64,000 nucleotides of DNA from Candidatus Hydrogenedentota bacterium. Its GTDB lineage: Bacteria > Hydrogenedentota > Hydrogenedentia > Hydrogenedentales > SLHB01. The DNA lies in the NCBI GenBank assembly GCA_963745075.1, contig CAVUWV010000031.1, positions 32,001 through 96,000 on the forward strand, read 5' to 3'. The notes beneath the pieces are model-generated. The model was not told where the DNA came from and searched no databases. It worked only from the letters and a program-made list of their open reading frames with translations. The position numbers were made by a program, and so were the translations under genes. The first letter of the stretch is position 1. Each line of letters opens with the position of its first letter. Below are positions 61,686-64,000 of this stretch, piece after piece.

Positions 61686-64000
61686 TCAGGCGAAATGGAA
61701 TCGTTTCCCTTGCGTCTGGCGTATGGACAATTTGAGGAGATTTCCGACGAGGATCGGGTGCTTGGGGATAATCTCCATGAGCCGTTCGGGCCCGTCGTAA
61801 CCGAAAATGTGGTCGACCTGCTCGTCGCCTTCATTGCTCTGGCAGTTTACCTGCACGTCCTCGACTTCTTCCGGCACGCACAGAATGATTCGATTCAGCG
61901 CGATCGGACTGTCGAAGGAAAGGTGAACGACCTGCCGGTACCCCTTGTCATCGTCTTCACGGTATTTCACCCAGCCGAAGCACAATGGTGTGAACAAGGG
62001 GGCGCTCAGTTGATGCACGCCTTTCGGCAGGTTGGGGCGCAACCACAAGGCGCCGTCCGGCACGTTGAGCAGGAAGCCTTCCAGCGCATAGAGCACGTGC
62101 CAAATGGATGGTGACGCCATGTGCCGGTCTTGCCCCCATCCCTGGGCGTCGCCGGACTCGAGATTCCATTCCAGGGGTTGATTGAACACGCGGCCGCGGC
62201 GGCCGTGCATGTTCTTGTAGGTCTTCTGGACGGCGAAGAGACCACGGTCCGCGTAGCCGTGGCAGATCAGGAGACTCGCGAGCTGGCCGGTTTCGATCAA
62301 CGGCCATGCCGACCCGATCGCGGGCTCTACACCGGCGGATGCGGGGTTGCGGGCGGGGTCGTCGCCGGGAAGCACGCCGCGGGCAACGCCCTGGGGCGAA
62401 TCGTTGAGGGAACACAGCGCGGCCAACGCGCGCTTCACGTTTTCGGGCGGGAACAGTTGGCCGAGACAGAGAAAATCGGCGTACCACTGTCCGGCGAGTT
62501 GTCCCGTGTGGCAAACGTCGGACAGATTGCCGGGGTCGTCACCGGGATTGTTGGAAGCCCACAAGCGATAGTAGCCCTTGTCGTCGTCCCACAATTTGTC
62601 CTCAAAACTCCGGAGCGCGCGGGCAAGCAGGTTGTCGTACTTTTTCGCTTCCTCTTTGTGATTGAGACGACGGGCCAACCGCGTATACGCGCGGATAGCG
62701 GCAATCCAGAGGCTGCACGTGTAACTGCACGCGCCGTACACCACCCAGTTGTCGTACATGGTCGAGCGCCCCTCTTGCTCGGGAAGCCCGTCTCCATCTT
62801 CATCCATGGCGAGGACGTGTTCCATCGCCTGGCGCGCGCGGGGGAAGATGTGATCGAGAATGAACCGTTTGCCGGTCATGATGTAGTTGCGATACACCAT
62901 GAGCACGAATTTGATGTTCACGTCGACTAGTTTATCGGGCGTACGGCCGTGGTTGGGTTGGTGCAGGCATCCCGTTCCGAGATTCCGGAAGATTTGGCCC
63001 GGATCGTTCTCGTCCTTGAGCTTGCCGAACAGGGCGAGTTCGCCTTCGTCAAAATTGGGGAAGAACAACGTCGAGCCAAGCGAACCATAGAATCGGCGAT
63101 CCAAGGCGCCGGTGATTGGTTCTTCGAGCGTTTCCATCATGGTGAACTCGTTGCCGGCGGTGAGCAGGCAGTTGGTGGAGAATACATAGTTGTTGTTGAT
63201 CAACATCTTGTTGAACCAACGCGGCATGGAGGCCGTGAGGATGCGGCTCTGCCAGTCCTCGACCGCTTTGAAGTAATACCGGTAATAGGTGAGCGCCTGC
63301 GATGCGACCGCCACCGCGGTGGGGAAATGATTCGCGTAGCCGTGGCCCAGGTCGCGCCCCTGAACCTCGTGACGGGGGGTGTGCCACGCCAACACGAAGA
63401 CCAGGCTACGGCCTTTCTGGGCGGGAAGGGTAAAGGCGTTGCAAATTGCGCCCGAATGGCTTTCCTGACTGCGTGAGATCTTGTTCCCCAGGTGGCCCAT
63501 ATCATGGAACTGATTCCATAAGACGAGCAGTTCACGCGCATCGCGCTCGTTCCACCCCATGATGGTCGTCACCACTTCCTGTTGCTGTTTTGCAACCACG
63601 CAGTAATTGCCTTCCGCGTTGGTGCGAATCTCGCCGCGAAATCCAAACTCGAGCCCCGCCAAACGCGGTTTGTTCTGCTCGTTCTCGGCCCCCTCCTGCA
63701 TCCGGTAGTGTTCGGAATCGTGATCGCTGACGGCGACCACCGGCCGGATGGGACCCCGCCGCTCGGGGAAGTGGGTCTTGGTGCATCCACACAAGTTTTC
63801 CCAGTTGAAAAGGACGGATACGTCATATGGAAAATCGGTGGGGTTGTGCACGTACATGGAAACAAATGCGAGCGGGAGCGTCGATGCTTCGTGATCGTAT
63901 GGGATGACCGGGGTTACTGCGCTCCAGTTGACGCGCATCGGGAACAGTTTTTCTTCCAAGTGGTAGTGGGAAGCGGGATACAGGCCGCGCCAGCCCAACT
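61686..64000 (-). CDS. GH116 (non-lysosomal glucosylceramidase-like) glycoside hydrolase, 5' truncated
   Basis: TP.IP.D...S.LP, D.DGDGLPE, YD.W, LW.AA, QLAGQWY. Confidence 0.85.
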   Translation of the reverse strand, partial: LGWRGLYPASHYHLEEKLFPMRVNWSAVTPVIPYDHEASTLPLAFVSMYVHNPTDFPYDVSVLFNWENLCGCTKTHFPERRGPIRPVVAVSDHDSEHYRMQEGAENEQNKPRLAGLEFGFRGEIRTNAEGNYCVVAKQQQEVVTTIMGWNERDARELLVLWNQFHDMGHLGNKISRSQESHSGAICNAFTLPAQKGRSLVFVLAWHTPRHEVQGRDLGHGYANHFPTAVAVASQALTYYRYYFKAVEDWQSRILTASMPRWFNKMLINNNYVFSTNCLLTAGNEFTMMETLEEPITGALDRRFYGSLGSTLFFPNFDEGELALFGKLKDENDPGQIFRNLGTGCLHQPNHGRTPDKLVDVNIKFVLMVYRNYIMTGKRFILDHIFPRARQAMEHVLAMDEDGDGLPEQEGRSTMYDNWVVYGACSYTCSLWIAAIRAYTRLARRLNHKEEAKKYDNLLARALRSFEDKLWDDDKGYYRLWASNNPGDDPGNLSDVCHTGQLAGQWYADFLCLGQLFPPENVKRALAALCSLNDSPQGVARGVLPGDDPARNPASAGVEPAIGSAWPLIETGQLASLLICHGYADRGLFAVQKTYKNMHGRRGRVFNQPLEWNLESGDAQGWGQDRHMASPSIWHVLYALEGFLLNVPDGALWLRPNLPKGVHQLSAPLFTPLCFGWVKYREDDDKGYRQVVHLSFDSPIALNRIILCVPEEVEDVQVNCQSNEGDEQVDHIFGYDGPERLMEIIPKHPILVGNLLKLSIRQTQGKRFHFA

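Overview
A ~60% GC bacterial chromosomal window. The gene repertoire (PVC-type heme/DUF1080 protein, alginate-export barrel, many TIM-barrel sugar enzymes, GH116) suggests a PVC-adjacent or Hydrogenedentota-like organism; this is inference only. Core genes: tRNA-Glu/tRNA-Gln, HIT, DJ-1, two tandem isopropylmalate-dehydrogenase paralogues, rluD, xylB, rpsU, pyrR-pyrB-pyrC, ogt, crcB, rarA, an HCF101-like Mrp ATPase, ECF sigma/anti-sigma, corA, coaE and a sugar-catabolic cluster. Two things stand out. (1) Intergenic spaces, often inside operons, carry at least six unrelated families of inverted-repeat doublets with REPIN/MITE-like architecture, some nested. One family is also present in a gene-bearing form: its arms tightly bracket a GxxExxY nuclease-family gene (54065-54515), and an empty perfect 30-bp-IR version lies at 4228-4369. 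(2) Downstream of rluD (13.4-20.2 kb) is an accessory array. Small cargo genes (VOC, YciI, methyltransferase, AbiGi-like, HEPN-like, BrnT/BrnA) are separated by four copies of a degenerate repeat that appears to derive from the rluD 3' end, and two units carry attI-like integron sites, but there is no integrase in the window. Several genes have single-base frameshifts, probably in part sequencing indels.
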